Program-made: the position numbers and the translations under genes | NCBI GenBank assembly: GCA_964385055.1 | Contig: CAYLMH010000001.1 | Coordinates: 30,111 to 94,110, forward strand | Direction: 5' to 3' | Length of the DNA stretch: 64,000 nt | From: an uncultured Methanosarcinales archaeon | GTDB taxonomy: Archaea; Nanobdellota; Nanobdellia; Woesearchaeales; DSVV01 | Shown here: in pieces, positions 29,669 through 39,792 of the stretch | Layout of the letters: every line of letters begins with the position of its first letter | How positions within the stretch are numbered: the stretch's first letter is position 1 | The notes under the pieces: model-generated | The model's database searches: none | The model's input: only the letters and a program-made list of their open reading frames with translations | What the model was told of the DNA's origin: nothing

Positions 29669-31378
29669 ATGGAAAAAAAAGAAATACTGTTTTTAAGTGT
29701 GATGATAGTGGCTGTCTTTTTTGGACAACTCTATATCGCAGACCGTGTTCTGTTTGGAGATGATTATATTTTTGCAGAATTAGCAAAAAACAATGAATTC
29801 TTCTTTACAGAAAATGCGCATCCACCACTTCCTGTGTGGTCTGATATCACCATAACAGATATTTTTCAATTAACCAACAGAACAATGCGCTTGACATCAA
29901 TTATTTTTGCGACACTAACCATCCCTTTGGTCTATCTATTAGCAAAAAAGACAATTGGACAGAAAGCTGCATGGATTGCAGCACTGATTGTAGGATTTTC
30001 TGCGTGGCATATTCGTGCGTCGCAGATGAATAGTGGCTCTGATGGAGGCATGTTTACATTCTTTTTTTATTGTACTATTTACTTTTTCATAACGTCCTTA
30101 GAAACAAACCAGATAAAAGACAAAGTAGCAACAGGAATTGTGTTTGGCTTAACTATGTTGAGTAAAGAAACAGGAGTATTGCTGATTCCCATATGTGGAT
30201 TATATTATTGCTATTCTATTTGGAAAAAGAAAGAAACAACTACCTCCATAAAGGCAAAAATAACAAAGGGAGCAAAAGATGCAACAATAATACTTTTTAT
30301 TGGGCTGCTGGTTTGGAGTATTTTCCCTGTTCTAGACATGATTTATAATGAAAGCCAGAGTGTCAATGCAATTGTAAGCAGAATAAACACAGCAGTAATA
30401 GAAAAAGAAGCAGGAACCCATAATTATTGGTTTATGACAGTATTTTCCATATTCAAGCTTCTTCTTTGGACAGGACCACTGTTGCTGATGTTTTCATTGT
30501 TGTCTGTTATAACAAAAAGAGAATGGAAGCAAGAGGGAATTTTCATATTTGTTACTATAGTGAGCATGTTATTTTATTTTATTATCACTCCTCCAAATCT
30601 TGATAGAACACGATATTTAATGATCACAATTCCTGCACTTGCAATACTAAGTGCGAAGTATATGGTGATAAAGACAGAGGAATGGGAATTTAGGAAAAAA
30701 GAATGGATAACAGTTGCAGTGTTAAGTGTCATTTTTTTCAGTGCATTCTTGTTTATGAATCAAAATAAAGTAATTGCTTCTTATGAAAGTCAAGAAAATC
30801 CCATTGCATTATTGAAGCAGAGAAATCTTGATTTTTCTATCCCCATATTCACAGAAACAGATAATTCTGGATTTTTATTGCATTTTGGTATTTTCGCTGC
30901 GGCATATGTAATAACTGCACTTGCCTGTGTTCTTTTGCTGCTGAAAAATAAGACAATGGGAAAGATGGTGTTCATTATTGTTCTCAGTATGGGTATTGGA
31001 TATAATTTTGTTGTTGCAGAGGAGTATAGCCTGCACTGGACAAGTCCTAATTATAGTGATGGCATTAAAGAAGTAATCCAATACACAGAGGAAAATCAAC
31101 TTGCAGAACCGTTGTATCTTCTCAAAAACTACGAATTGCAATGGTATTTAGAAGATAAATATACAATGTTCATAAGCGATTATGGCATTTCTGAAACAAA
31201 TGAAGAAAAGATAAAGGAGTTTGAACAGAAGCTACAGAGTGGTGGAACAGTAATTTTCTCAGATATGCCACCGATGGATAAGAATGGGTTATTGTGGAAA
31301 ACAATAAATCAACAGTGTGTTGCAGAGTATACTGTTGTTGATAAGGGAATTGAGATTGGGTGGGTTTGGAGTTGTTGA
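29669..31378 (+). CDS. GT-C ArnT/PMT-like membrane glycosyltransferase
   Basis: FGDD, HPPL, MRL, LSKETG, TRYLM..IPAL; multiple TM segments. Confidence 0.8.
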   Translation: MEKKEILFLSVMIVAVFFGQLYIADRVLFGDDYIFAELAKNNEFFFTENAHPPLPVWSDITITDIFQLTNRTMRLTSIIFATLTIPLVYLLAKKTIGQKAAWIAALIVGFSAWHIRASQMNSGSDGGMFTFFFYCTIYFFITSLETNQIKDKVATGIVFGLTMLSKETGVLLIPICGLYYCYSIWKKKETTTSIKAKITKGAKDATIILFIGLLVWSIFPVLDMIYNESQSVNAIVSRINTAVIEKEAGTHNYWFMTVFSIFKLLLWTGPLLLMFSLLSVITKREWKQEGIFIFVTIVSMLFYFIITPPNLDRTRYLMITIPALAILSAKYMVIKTEEWEFRKKEWITVAVLSVIFFSAFLFMNQNKVIASYESQENPIALLKQRNLDFSIPIFTETDNSGFLLHFGIFAAAYVITALACVLLLLKNKTMGKMVFIIVLSMGIGYNFVVAEEYSLHWTSPNYSDGIKEVIQYTEENQLAEPLYLLKNYELQWYLEDKYTMFISDYGISETNEEKIKEFEQKLQSGGTVIFSDMPPMDKNGLLWKTINQQCVAEYTVVDKGIEIGWVWSC

Positions 31379-31441
31379 AGCACAAGTCCATTTCAAAAAA
31401 ATAAACGAAAATTTAAATATCTCCATTCCTTTGTTTTGATT

Positions 31442-31969
31442 ATGGTTATAAAAAAAGTAAACTATTCTAATATCATATCTCCTAAAAACTTTATCCTTTT
31501 GTCTGTCCTTTCTTTTGGTGTCTATCAGTATTTATGGTTTTATAGAAATTGGACTTATTTTGAAGAGAAAGAAAAAATGGACATTTATCCTCTATTTAGG
31601 GTATTGTTAGCTATTTTCTTTGCATATCAATTTTTTAAAAAAGTATTAATCTCTGCTAAGAAGAAAGGATACAAACAATATTACTCCCCTGTATTGATTG
31701 CTGTCCTTTGGATTTTATTTGTTTTAATAGGAAGATTTAATTTTAGATCCAATGATAATACAAACACTTATTTTATAATTTTTTTTATAGCATTGTTTCA
31801 GATTGCCTTTCTTTTACCGGTATTACGTGCACTTAATTTTTATTATAGTAAAGTTGAGAAACATTGTGTAAAACGATCATTAGAATGGTGGCATATCTTG
31901 TTCATTATCTTCTTTCTCCTTCTTTGGGTTGTACTATTATTAAGTTTATTTTTAGTATATGTCTTATGA
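31442..31969 (+). CDS. Small membrane protein (DUF4234-like)
   Basis: LLSVLSFGVYQYLWFYRNW motif followed by about 4 hydrophobic segments. Confidence 0.6.
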   Translation: MVIKKVNYSNIISPKNFILLSVLSFGVYQYLWFYRNWTYFEEKEKMDIYPLFRVLLAIFFAYQFFKKVLISAKKKGYKQYYSPVLIAVLWILFVLIGRFNFRSNDNTNTYFIIFFIALFQIAFLLPVLRALNFYYSKVEKHCVKRSLEWWHILFIIFFLLLWVVLLLSLFLVYVL

Positions 31970-32010
31970 ATACAACTAAGCTGATAAAAGAGTGAAGATT
32001 GGATGGGCAT

Positions 32011-32763
32011 TTAGTTGTTAGGGATCGGACCACAATAATTATACTGAAAGCGTGAAAGTTTTCTGAATGCTGCTTCATCATCATATCTTTTTGTTTCATG
32101 ATAAAGGTGGACTAAGCGATTCCCCCCAACCCAAACAGGAAAAGCACTATTTGAGAAACGATCTGGGCTGAAAAGAGAAATAAATGCTTCAGGTTTCACA
32201 TCAGAAGCGCTGAGAAGATCTGCCAAATACTGATAGGCTAAGAGACGAGGAGTATCCTGACGATCAGCAGAGAAAAGACCTGGAATAAGTCTATAGTTGT
32301 CTGAGAGTCCAGCAAGGGTACGCTCAAGCATTCCAACATCAAAATGAGTAACGTGGTGAGGAAGAGCATCAATACGAAGGCCGTCCTCAAGAAGAGTATC
32401 AAGATTTTCAGGAAGAGTTTCAGTCTGTACAAAGGAATCAAGATGTTCTAAGTAGTGTGCAATGAAAGCAGCGTTTCGATGCTTTAAAGCAGTGATATAT
32501 CGTGGACCAAAAACAGTGTGTCCTAGAATTGCTGATGCTGCCATTCCAGATAACGCAACAAGAGCCCCATATACAATTCCATGAAAAAAATCATCTCCTG
32601 GGGGTTCTAATCCTGCAAGACATCCACCGATCCCACCAAAAATAAAAATTCCTGGAACATAAAAATAAGATGCAGTGTTCTCTATAAGAGTATTTTTTCG
32701 TAAATGAAAAACTTCTCGTAAACCATAGGGTAAACCATCTTTATAGCGAATATTCAGTTGCAT
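32011..32763 (-). CDS. Hypothetical protein with two N-terminal TM segments
   Basis: 250-aa ORF filling the gap, with Gly-rich hydrophobic helices; no recognised motif. Confidence 0.55.
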   Translation of the reverse strand: MQLNIRYKDGLPYGLREVFHLRKNTLIENTASYFYVPGIFIFGGIGGCLAGLEPPGDDFFHGIVYGALVALSGMAASAILGHTVFGPRYITALKHRNAAFIAHYLEHLDSFVQTETLPENLDTLLEDGLRIDALPHHVTHFDVGMLERTLAGLSDNYRLIPGLFSADRQDTPRLLAYQYLADLLSASDVKPEAFISLFSPDRFSNSAFPVWVGGNRLVHLYHETKRYDDEAAFRKLSRFQYNYCGPIPNN

Positions 32764-32852
32764 ACAATAGAGAGAAAAACAAGTCTTAATATTCTTACCC
32801 TAAGAAAAAAGTAAGGCAAAAACCTTAAAAAGAGCCATGAATTCTTTTCTGC

Positions 32853-33659
32853 ATGGCGTTATCTTTTTTCTTACCAAACGTAAAGAAGAAATCAACAAAA
32901 GATTATATAATAGAGATTCTTGCAGAAGAAAAAGCGTTAACAAATCAAAAGATCTACAACGTATTAAGAAAAAAGTACGGAGTTGCAAAAAGTTATCAGA
33001 CAATACGTCAAGCGTTAGTAGAGTTAACAGAAATAGGAGTTCTTGAGAAAAAAAAGAAAGAATATTCTATTTCTATTCAATGGATAAAAACAAGCGAGGA
33101 ATTCATTATCTTTCTGAGAAAGAAGTACATTGAGAAGAAAGAAGTCAAGATTATTGATAAAGATACAAAAGAGTTAACGCTGAAATCACTATATGAATTA
33201 GGACATTTTGTGTTATATGGTTTTAAAGAGCATTTTTTTGATATGGAGCAAGAAAATGATCTGTACATGTTTGTCCACCATCTCTGGTTCCCATTCCTTG
33301 ACAAACAAAAGCGAGACCTCTTGAGAAATTTTTTTTCAAGAAACAAGAATACAATATACGTAAAGAACTCATATTTCCTTGACAAAATTCTCGCAATGTT
33401 CTATAAAGAATATGGAAAAGTACTCCTTAACGTAAAATATGATGAATTTTTCGACATTATTATTCAAGGAAATTGTATTGCAAAAATATACCTTCCAAAA
33501 GAGTTACGAGAAAGAATGGATAAGTTGTATCGTTTTAGAAATTTGAATTTTGCAGTTATAGATGAATTAAGTGATATGACATTCGCTAATTACAACATAC
33601 GAGTTCTTATAACAAGAGACAAAGAGATGGTCGAAGAAATAAAAGAGAAATTAAAGTGA
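32853..33659 (+). CDS. Winged-helix DNA-binding protein, putative transcription regulator
   Basis: STKDYIIEILAEEKALTNQKIYNVLRKKYGVAKSYQTIRQALVELTEIGVLEK fits a wHTH pattern. Confidence 0.7.
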   Translation: MALSFFLPNVKKKSTKDYIIEILAEEKALTNQKIYNVLRKKYGVAKSYQTIRQALVELTEIGVLEKKKKEYSISIQWIKTSEEFIIFLRKKYIEKKEVKIIDKDTKELTLKSLYELGHFVLYGFKEHFFDMEQENDLYMFVHHLWFPFLDKQKRDLLRNFFSRNKNTIYVKNSYFLDKILAMFYKEYGKVLLNVKYDEFFDIIIQGNCIAKIYLPKELRERMDKLYRFRNLNFAVIDELSDMTFANYNIRVLITRDKEMVEEIKEKLK

Positions 33660-33682
33660 AAAAAACAAAGAAGCAATAACTG

Positions 33683-34627
33683 TTAATGAATCCTCTGTTT
33701 CCCTACGACAAACCCCTTCCACATAACTAAGAGCGTCGCAAACCAAACAAAAGTATAGACAAACGGAACAAAAACCAATCGCACATCACAAACATGACGA
33801 ACAACATTCACGTGAGTAATATTCGCAAGTAAAAAGATAATGCCAAATATCCCCAAACTCACAGACATATTGAAAAACAAAAACACAAAGAAGAACAACA
33901 CAAGTACTGTCTTCAACAAATCATAAAATAACTGAAACCCCATTTTAAAGAAATACTTCCGATGGAGAACACCCATTGCTTCATGACAGCGTAAGAATGT
34001 TTTAATAAACTTCCAGAGAGAATCATTATGCGGCGCGTGCACATGAGAAACAACTGCGGAAGAAACAACAAATTTGCCATACGCCCGCATCTTCATAAAA
34101 AGATCAGAATCCTCGCCAGCAGTCAAATACGTTTTGTTGTCAAACAATCCACATTCTTCCACAACAGAGGTCTTATACGCAGTTGCGCGTTCATGAATCG
34201 TTTTCTGCAGCTGTAATTCAGGAACAGCGAACACTTTGTGCCAGAAAGAAAACTGCTGCCAAATTTCTCGAGGCAATTGCTGCTGGGACGCGGACAACAC
34301 CACGTGAGGATCGTTAAACGGCTGCATAAGAGCAGACAACCAACCAGCGTCCGCAGGAACACAGTCCTGATGAAGCGTAATAACATACTCTGTCTTCGCT
34401 AATAGAATCCCTTTATTTAATGAACCAGCAAGTCCAAGATTCGTTTCATTTTTAATATAAGTAATACCGCGAGGCATTTCATTCTTCCTATCGCGATCTC
34501 CATTATCAAGAGCAATAATAGTGACTTTTCCAGTATATTTCTGTTTCTTCAACGCACGAACAACAGTATCAATAGGGGCAGAGTGTGTCGGAATGACTAT
34601 GGTCACATGTGGTTCTTTTTGTTTCAT
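33683..34627 (-). CDS. GT2 glycosyltransferase with C-terminal TM helices
   Basis: VTIVIPT, NLGLAGSLNKG, LHQDC, GEDSDL; hydrophobic C-terminus. Confidence 0.85.
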   Translation of the reverse strand: MKQKEPHVTIVIPTHSAPIDTVVRALKKQKYTGKVTIIALDNGDRDRKNEMPRGITYIKNETNLGLAGSLNKGILLAKTEYVITLHQDCVPADAGWLSALMQPFNDPHVVLSASQQQLPREIWQQFSFWHKVFAVPELQLQKTIHERATAYKTSVVEECGLFDNKTYLTAGEDSDLFMKMRAYGKFVVSSAVVSHVHAPHNDSLWKFIKTFLRCHEAMGVLHRKYFFKMGFQLFYDLLKTVLVLFFFVFLFFNMSVSLGIFGIIFLLANITHVNVVRHVCDVRLVFVPFVYTFVWFATLLVMWKGFVVGKQRIH

Positions 34628-36810
34628 TTCAATCCCTTCTCCTTAAAAAACGAATCAACAGTCTCATTCACAAAAGCCAATTGTTCAGCAGTTAATCCTG
34701 GATACACACCAATAAAAAACGTGTGCGTCATAATAAAATCAGTATTCTTTAAATCACCAACAACACGACAAGTAATCGCTTTATACGCAGGTTGTCTTAA
34801 AAGATTTCCACCAAACAATTCTCTAGTCGCGATCTTACGTCCTTCCAAATACGCGACAAACTCCTTTTTTGTAAATGGCGCATCATGTCGAACAGTAATC
34901 AAATACCCAAACCAGGAAGGATCAGCAGCAGAATGCCTAGAGGGCAATAACAACCATTGATCATACTTCCTAAAATTCGCATCAAGCACAGAAAAATGTT
35001 TCTTGCGAGCAGCAACAAAAGAATCTAATTTATCAAGCTGCGCGACACCAATCGCTGCTTGAATATCAAGAGGCTTCAAATTATAGCCAATATGCGAATA
35101 AATATATTTGTGATCATAGCCCTCAGGAAGATCGCCCAGTTTCCAGCAAAAGCGTTTACCGCAGGTATTCGCAACACCTGGCGCGCACCAGCAATCTCTG
35201 CCCCAATCACGAAGAGATTCCATAATCTTCTTCAAAATAGGGTTATTCGTAAACACAGCGCCACCTTCACCCATCGTAATGTGATGCGCAGGATAAAAAC
35301 TCAACGTGCCAATGTCACCAAACGTACCGACATGTTGACCATTGTATGTACTTCCAAGAGCGTCGCAGCAATCTTCAATCAAAAATAAACCATGGTCGCG
35401 AGCAAACGCGCTAATCGCATCCAGCGCGTATGGCATCCCTAAGGTGTGCGCAACAACAATTGCTTTTGTTTTTGGACTCATTGCCTGCTTAATCTTTTCC
35501 AAAGAAATATCATACGTTCCAAGTTCAATGTCAACAAACACAGGAACTAAATTATTCATAATAATCGGATTCACCGTCGTGGGAAAGCCCGCGGCAAGCG
35601 TGATCACTTCATCGCCTGGTTTTAATTGCCTCTCTCCTAAAAGCGGAGAACAAAGCGCGGAAACAGCGAGTAAGTTCGCAGAAGAGCCAGAGTTTGCCAA
35701 TAAAGCAAATTTTGCCCCAACTTTTTCTCCTAATTTTTTACAAAATTTCTGATCCCACGGACCAAGTGTTAACCAGAAATCAAGAGACGCGTCCACTGCG
35801 TTTTGAATCTCAGCGCTATCAAAAACTCTACCTGCGTATGGAACAGCGGATTTCCCAGGAACAAAAGGATCCGCAGCAAACGCTTTTTCCCAATACTGTT
35901 TGACAGAAGAAACGATGTTCTTTTTCAACGCAGTTCCTTTCTGCGATCGAGTTGCTTTCATTTCCTGCAACGCAGTAAACGGCGTTTTGAACACCATACC
36001 TAGTTCTGCTTCAATCTTTGTGCAAACAAGTCCGCCTTTTCGTGGTCTATTCGCAGGTTGCTTCAATGCTTCTGTGCTAATAGATTTGATCAAATTTTTA
36101 TCTAATCCAAAAACAAGTGCAATCTTTTCCGCAAACGCAAGCCTAGACATATATTCTGGACCAGCAGTATGATACAAACCAGTCTTCTTTGCTTCTGTTA
36201 ACAGAACAAGCGCGCGAGCAAGATCAGAAACAAACGTAGGAGTCGCGTATTGATCACAAACAACAGGACTTTCTTTTCCTTCTTCGAGTGTTTTGATAAA
36301 TTTCGCAACAAAATTCTTTCCAGCAGCTTCCCAGCCATACACGGTCGTTGTTCGCGCAATGCAACCAAGAGTTGGTAATTTCGCAAGAACGTCCTGCTCA
36401 ACCTGCAGTTTGTGTTGACCATACACATTTAATGGATGAACAGAAGCGTCTTCTGTATACGGACCATCTTGTCCATCAAAAACATAATCTGTCGAAACAA
36501 AAAGATAATATTTCTGCTGTTTCGCACACCAATCAATAATGTGCTGCGACCCAAGAAGATTAATCTTTTCAGATTCCTGTGGCTGTTGTTCACAAAAATC
36601 AACCCACGGCTGCGCAGCAGGCTGAATCACTGCGTCAGGAAGAAGCGTGTTCAGTACTCTCTCCACTTCTTCTTTATTAGTAATGTCAAGTTTAATCATC
36701 CCTGGAAGAGGAGTTTTACAATACGTTCCAAACACCTCGTGATTCTCGTGAAACGCAGTATAGGTTTCATTGCCCACAAATCCGCTTGCGCCAATAACAA
36801 GGATTCTCAT
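34624..36810 (-). CDS. rfbH: Fusion of RmlD-like NDP-4-keto-sugar reductase and RfbH/DdhC-like CDP-4-keto-6-deoxyglucose 3-dehydratase (E1)
   Basis: N-term GASGFVG, VDFCE, STDYVFDG, YGQHK, DQ..TPT, PANRP. C-term PYAGRVFD, SLDFWLT, NSGSSANLLA, EDCCDALGS, SFYPAHHITMGEGG (His in place of Lys), WGRDCWC...NTCGKRF, YDHKY. Single frame, no stop between domains. Confidence 0.85.
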   Translation of the reverse strand: MRILVIGASGFVGNETYTAFHENHEVFGTYCKTPLPGMIKLDITNKEEVERVLNTLLPDAVIQPAAQPWVDFCEQQPQESEKINLLGSQHIIDWCAKQQKYYLFVSTDYVFDGQDGPYTEDASVHPLNVYGQHKLQVEQDVLAKLPTLGCIARTTTVYGWEAAGKNFVAKFIKTLEEGKESPVVCDQYATPTFVSDLARALVLLTEAKKTGLYHTAGPEYMSRLAFAEKIALVFGLDKNLIKSISTEALKQPANRPRKGGLVCTKIEAELGMVFKTPFTALQEMKATRSQKGTALKKNIVSSVKQYWEKAFAADPFVPGKSAVPYAGRVFDSAEIQNAVDASLDFWLTLGPWDQKFCKKLGEKVGAKFALLANSGSSANLLAVSALCSPLLGERQLKPGDEVITLAAGFPTTVNPIIMNNLVPVFVDIELGTYDISLEKIKQAMSPKTKAIVVAHTLGMPYALDAISAFARDHGLFLIEDCCDALGSTYNGQHVGTFGDIGTLSFYPAHHITMGEGGAVFTNNPILKKIMESLRDWGRDCWCAPGVANTCGKRFCWKLGDLPEGYDHKYIYSHIGYNLKPLDIQAAIGVAQLDKLDSFVAARKKHFSVLDANFRKYDQWLLLPSRHSAADPSWFGYLITVRHDAPFTKKEFVAYLEGRKIATRELFGGNLLRQPAYKAITCRVVGDLKNTDFIMTHTFFIGVYPGLTAEQLAFVNETVDSFFKEKGLK

Positions 36811-36811
36811 G

Positions 36812-37822
36812 TTAGAAATACTCCGCTTCTCGACCTTTATAGAACGCATGCGTTTGTTTCAATCCTTCTTGTAAAGAGGTCTTTGGCCACCAACCAAGCA
36901 TTCGATGGATTTTTGCAGGATTGACCACAAAATCGCCGATCTCAATTGCTTTGCGGCTAGTGTCCCACTCTTTTTTCTCAATAACCATAGAAGAGCCAAC
37001 AACAGAAAGAATAGTGTTGCACATATCAATGAATTTCGTCTCGTGATTGCTGCCTAAGAAAAACATTTCACCAATCGCTTCTTGTTTTTGCGCAACAAGC
37101 AGCAATGCATCCACAACATCCTGCACATAATTATAATCACGAGTTTGCAGTCCTTCACCATTAATACTGATTTGTTCATTGCACATTGCTTTACGCAAAA
37201 AGAAATTGACAATCCCATAATCCCCATGCTTCATGTCTGCGCGTTCACCATACGTATTGTTAATGCGCACAACGCAGGTATTCATCCCATGCATGCGATG
37301 ATAGAGTAAATAGTATTTTTCAACAGCAAGTTTGTTGATCCCATTAATATCCATTGGACTTGTAGGATGTTCTTCAGTAATAGGTTTGTGCACCATCTTG
37401 CCCACAGCGCCGCGAGTGCCTGCATAAATTAAAATAGCGTTTTTGTTGAACTGCCGCACAGTCTCAAGAACGTTCATGCCGCCGCGTAAGGTAATGTCAA
37501 TATCGAGCTGCGGATCTTTAACAGAAATAAGATGACTGACTTGCGCGGCGCAGTCGTAAATAACATCCTGCCCTACAACTGCCAATTGCAATGCAGCGAC
37601 ATCGCGGGTATCTCCTTTGATAAATGTAATATGATCACGAATTTCTTTGATGTTTGCAAAATTCCAGCCATACGGATCAAGACATGCGTCGTAAATAGTC
37701 ACAGATGCCCCTAAACCAACGCAGCGCTGTGCGATGTTGCTTCCAATAAAGCCAAGTCCTCCAATAACTAAAACGTTCTTGCCATCCATTCTTTCAAGAG
37801 TGTAATTTTCGTTCATGTTCAT
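36812..37822 (-). CDS. NAD-dependent nucleotide-sugar epimerase/dehydratase (extended SDR)
   Basis: GGLGFIGSN, AAQVSH, NGINK (Asn at the usual YxxxK Tyr position), GEGLQTRDYNYVQD. Confidence 0.85.
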   Translation of the reverse strand: MNMNENYTLERMDGKNVLVIGGLGFIGSNIAQRCVGLGASVTIYDACLDPYGWNFANIKEIRDHITFIKGDTRDVAALQLAVVGQDVIYDCAAQVSHLISVKDPQLDIDITLRGGMNVLETVRQFNKNAILIYAGTRGAVGKMVHKPITEEHPTSPMDINGINKLAVEKYYLLYHRMHGMNTCVVRINNTYGERADMKHGDYGIVNFFLRKAMCNEQISINGEGLQTRDYNYVQDVVDALLLVAQKQEAIGEMFFLGSNHETKFIDMCNTILSVVGSSMVIEKKEWDTSRKAIEIGDFVVNPAKIHRMLGWWPKTSLQEGLKQTHAFYKGREAEYF

Positions 37823-37923
37823 TTACCTTATTTTTTTATTACTCGTTGCTTTTGAATCGCTCAATCATTCAGATTCGCCATGCAGGCTTTTGAATCACCA
37901 TGCTTTTTTGTATTTTTTTAATG

Positions 37924-38928
37924 TCAGTCATCATCAGATGCAGGTGAATTTTTCTTCTTATCAAAATAATCATGATACCACGCAATCGTTTCCCGCAACC
38001 CTTCTTCAATGCCGTGTCGTGCTTTCCAGCTAAGAACACGCAATGCTTTATCGCTGGACAAATATTGCGCAGGAATTTCTGCCTTTGCAGTGTTTTGAAC
38101 GTCTGGAGTGAGAGTGCTCTTCATCTGCTGCTGAAGAACCTCAACAACATCAAGGACTTTCATTCGGTTATTCGTGCTAAAATTAAATGCCTGTCCGCGC
38201 ACATCAGCTCGATGCAAATTTTCCGCAAGAAGAATATATGCGTCAATCACATCTTTGATGTAAATGTAATCGCGAATATATTGTCCATCGCTGCGGATAA
38301 TTGGTCGCTCGTTAAAGAGGAACGAACGAATAGTACCAGGAATAATTCTATTAAAATTCAAGTCTCCACCACCATAAATATTGCCACAACGAGTAACAGC
38401 AACAGGTAAGCCATACGTCGCGTAATACGCATGAGCGATCATATCTGCGCATGCTTTAGAAACATCATACGGGTGTTCAGCAAGCAACGGCATTTCTTCA
38501 GAATAGGGAAGAACAGGTTGCGTGCCATACGCTTTATCCGTTGACGCGACAACAATGCGCTGCACAGTACCAACATGTCTGCACGCTTCTAACAAAACCC
38601 ATGTTCCTTTAATGTTTGATTCAAAAGAAGAAAGTGGAGAACGTGTTGCAGTCTGCACAATCGTTTGCGCGCCGAGATGAAACACAGTATCAATTTCATA
38701 TTCATTCAAAATGCGTTCAACAACTTCAATATCAACAAGATCCCCGCGCACAACAATAATTTTTTCAAACACAGGAGAGGAAACAAGCAGCGAATCAGGC
38801 ACCCAATCGCGAATAAGGACAACAACAGTTGCTCCTTTTTGCACAAGTGCATTAGTAAGCCAGCTGCCCAGTAAGCCAGTTGCTCCTGTCACAAAAACGC
38901 GTTTATTTTTCCAGTCAAACATAGTCAT
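37924..38928 (-). CDS. rfbG: CDP-glucose 4,6-dehydratase-like (RfbG family)
   Basis: WKNKRVFVTGATGLLGSW, FHLGAQTIV, STDKAYG, PYDVSKAC, RCGNIYGGGD; adjacent to rfbF. Confidence 0.75.
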   Translation of the reverse strand: MTMFDWKNKRVFVTGATGLLGSWLTNALVQKGATVVVLIRDWVPDSLLVSSPVFEKIIVVRGDLVDIEVVERILNEYEIDTVFHLGAQTIVQTATRSPLSSFESNIKGTWVLLEACRHVGTVQRIVVASTDKAYGTQPVLPYSEEMPLLAEHPYDVSKACADMIAHAYYATYGLPVAVTRCGNIYGGGDLNFNRIIPGTIRSFLFNERPIIRSDGQYIRDYIYIKDVIDAYILLAENLHRADVRGQAFNFSTNNRMKVLDVVEVLQQQMKSTLTPDVQNTAKAEIPAQYLSSDKALRVLSWKARHGIEEGLRETIAWYHDYFDKKKNSPASDDD

Positions 38929-38935
38929 CACAAAA

Positions 38936-39700
38936 TTATTTCCAGATTTTCCAAGGCTTTTCTGTTTGCCAGAGTTTATTCAAATGCAAATAATCTCTGT
39001 ATGTATCCATGCATTGCCAGAACCCATCGTGTTGGTACATCGCAAGTTGCTGTTGTTCAGCAAGCTTGGGAAGCGTGGTAAATTCAAACATATTATCGTC
39101 AAGATGAGAAAAGATTTGCGGAGTAAAAACAAAAAAACCACCGTTAATGCGATCATTTAAGACAGGTTTCTCGACAAATGCGTTGATGATACTCTCTTCG
39201 TTTGTTTTCAATGAACCGTATTTAGAAAGCGGGCGAATACCAGTAATTGTTCCCAACTTTCCTTTTGCTTTGTGGAATTGAAACAAATCTCTAATATTGA
39301 CATCACTAACGCCATCGCCATACGTCACAAAGAAATCATCCTCTCCGATAAAGGGTTGAATAAGTTTAAGTCGTTTTCCCGTAAGCGATTCTTCGCCAGT
39401 ATCAACGCAAGTCACATGCCAATCTTCTGTCGCAGACTCATGAAGCGTGACTGCGCCTGATTTTAAAGAAATAGTGACGTTATTAGTTTGCGTTTTGTAA
39501 TTCAGGAAATAATTTTTGATCATTTCTCCTTTGTAGCCAAGGCAAAGAATAAATTCATTGAACCCATAGTGTGCGTAATGATTCATAATGTGCCAAAGAA
39601 TAGGTTTTCCGCCGATTTCGACAAGGGGTTTTGGCTTGTATTCTGTTTCCTCGCGAAGCCGTGTTCCCATTCCGCCGCATAAAATTACTACTTTTGTCAT
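38936..39700 (-). CDS. rfbF: Glucose-1-phosphate cytidylyltransferase
   Basis: VILCGGMGTRLREETEYKPKPLVEIG, DTG..TG.RL, TYGDGV, INGGFF, GFWQCMDTYRD. Confidence 0.95.
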   Translation of the reverse strand: MTKVVILCGGMGTRLREETEYKPKPLVEIGGKPILWHIMNHYAHYGFNEFILCLGYKGEMIKNYFLNYKTQTNNVTISLKSGAVTLHESATEDWHVTCVDTGEESLTGKRLKLIQPFIGEDDFFVTYGDGVSDVNIRDLFQFHKAKGKLGTITGIRPLSKYGSLKTNEESIINAFVEKPVLNDRINGGFFVFTPQIFSHLDDNMFEFTTLPKLAEQQQLAMYQHDGFWQCMDTYRDYLHLNKLWQTEKPWKIWK

Positions 39701-39792
39701 AGCTGTTCCCTATCGAGAGAAAAACAAAGAGGCTTTTATAAAGCTTATTGAACAATAATCGAGTGGTTTTCCAAAAAAGAGGAACAAAAACA

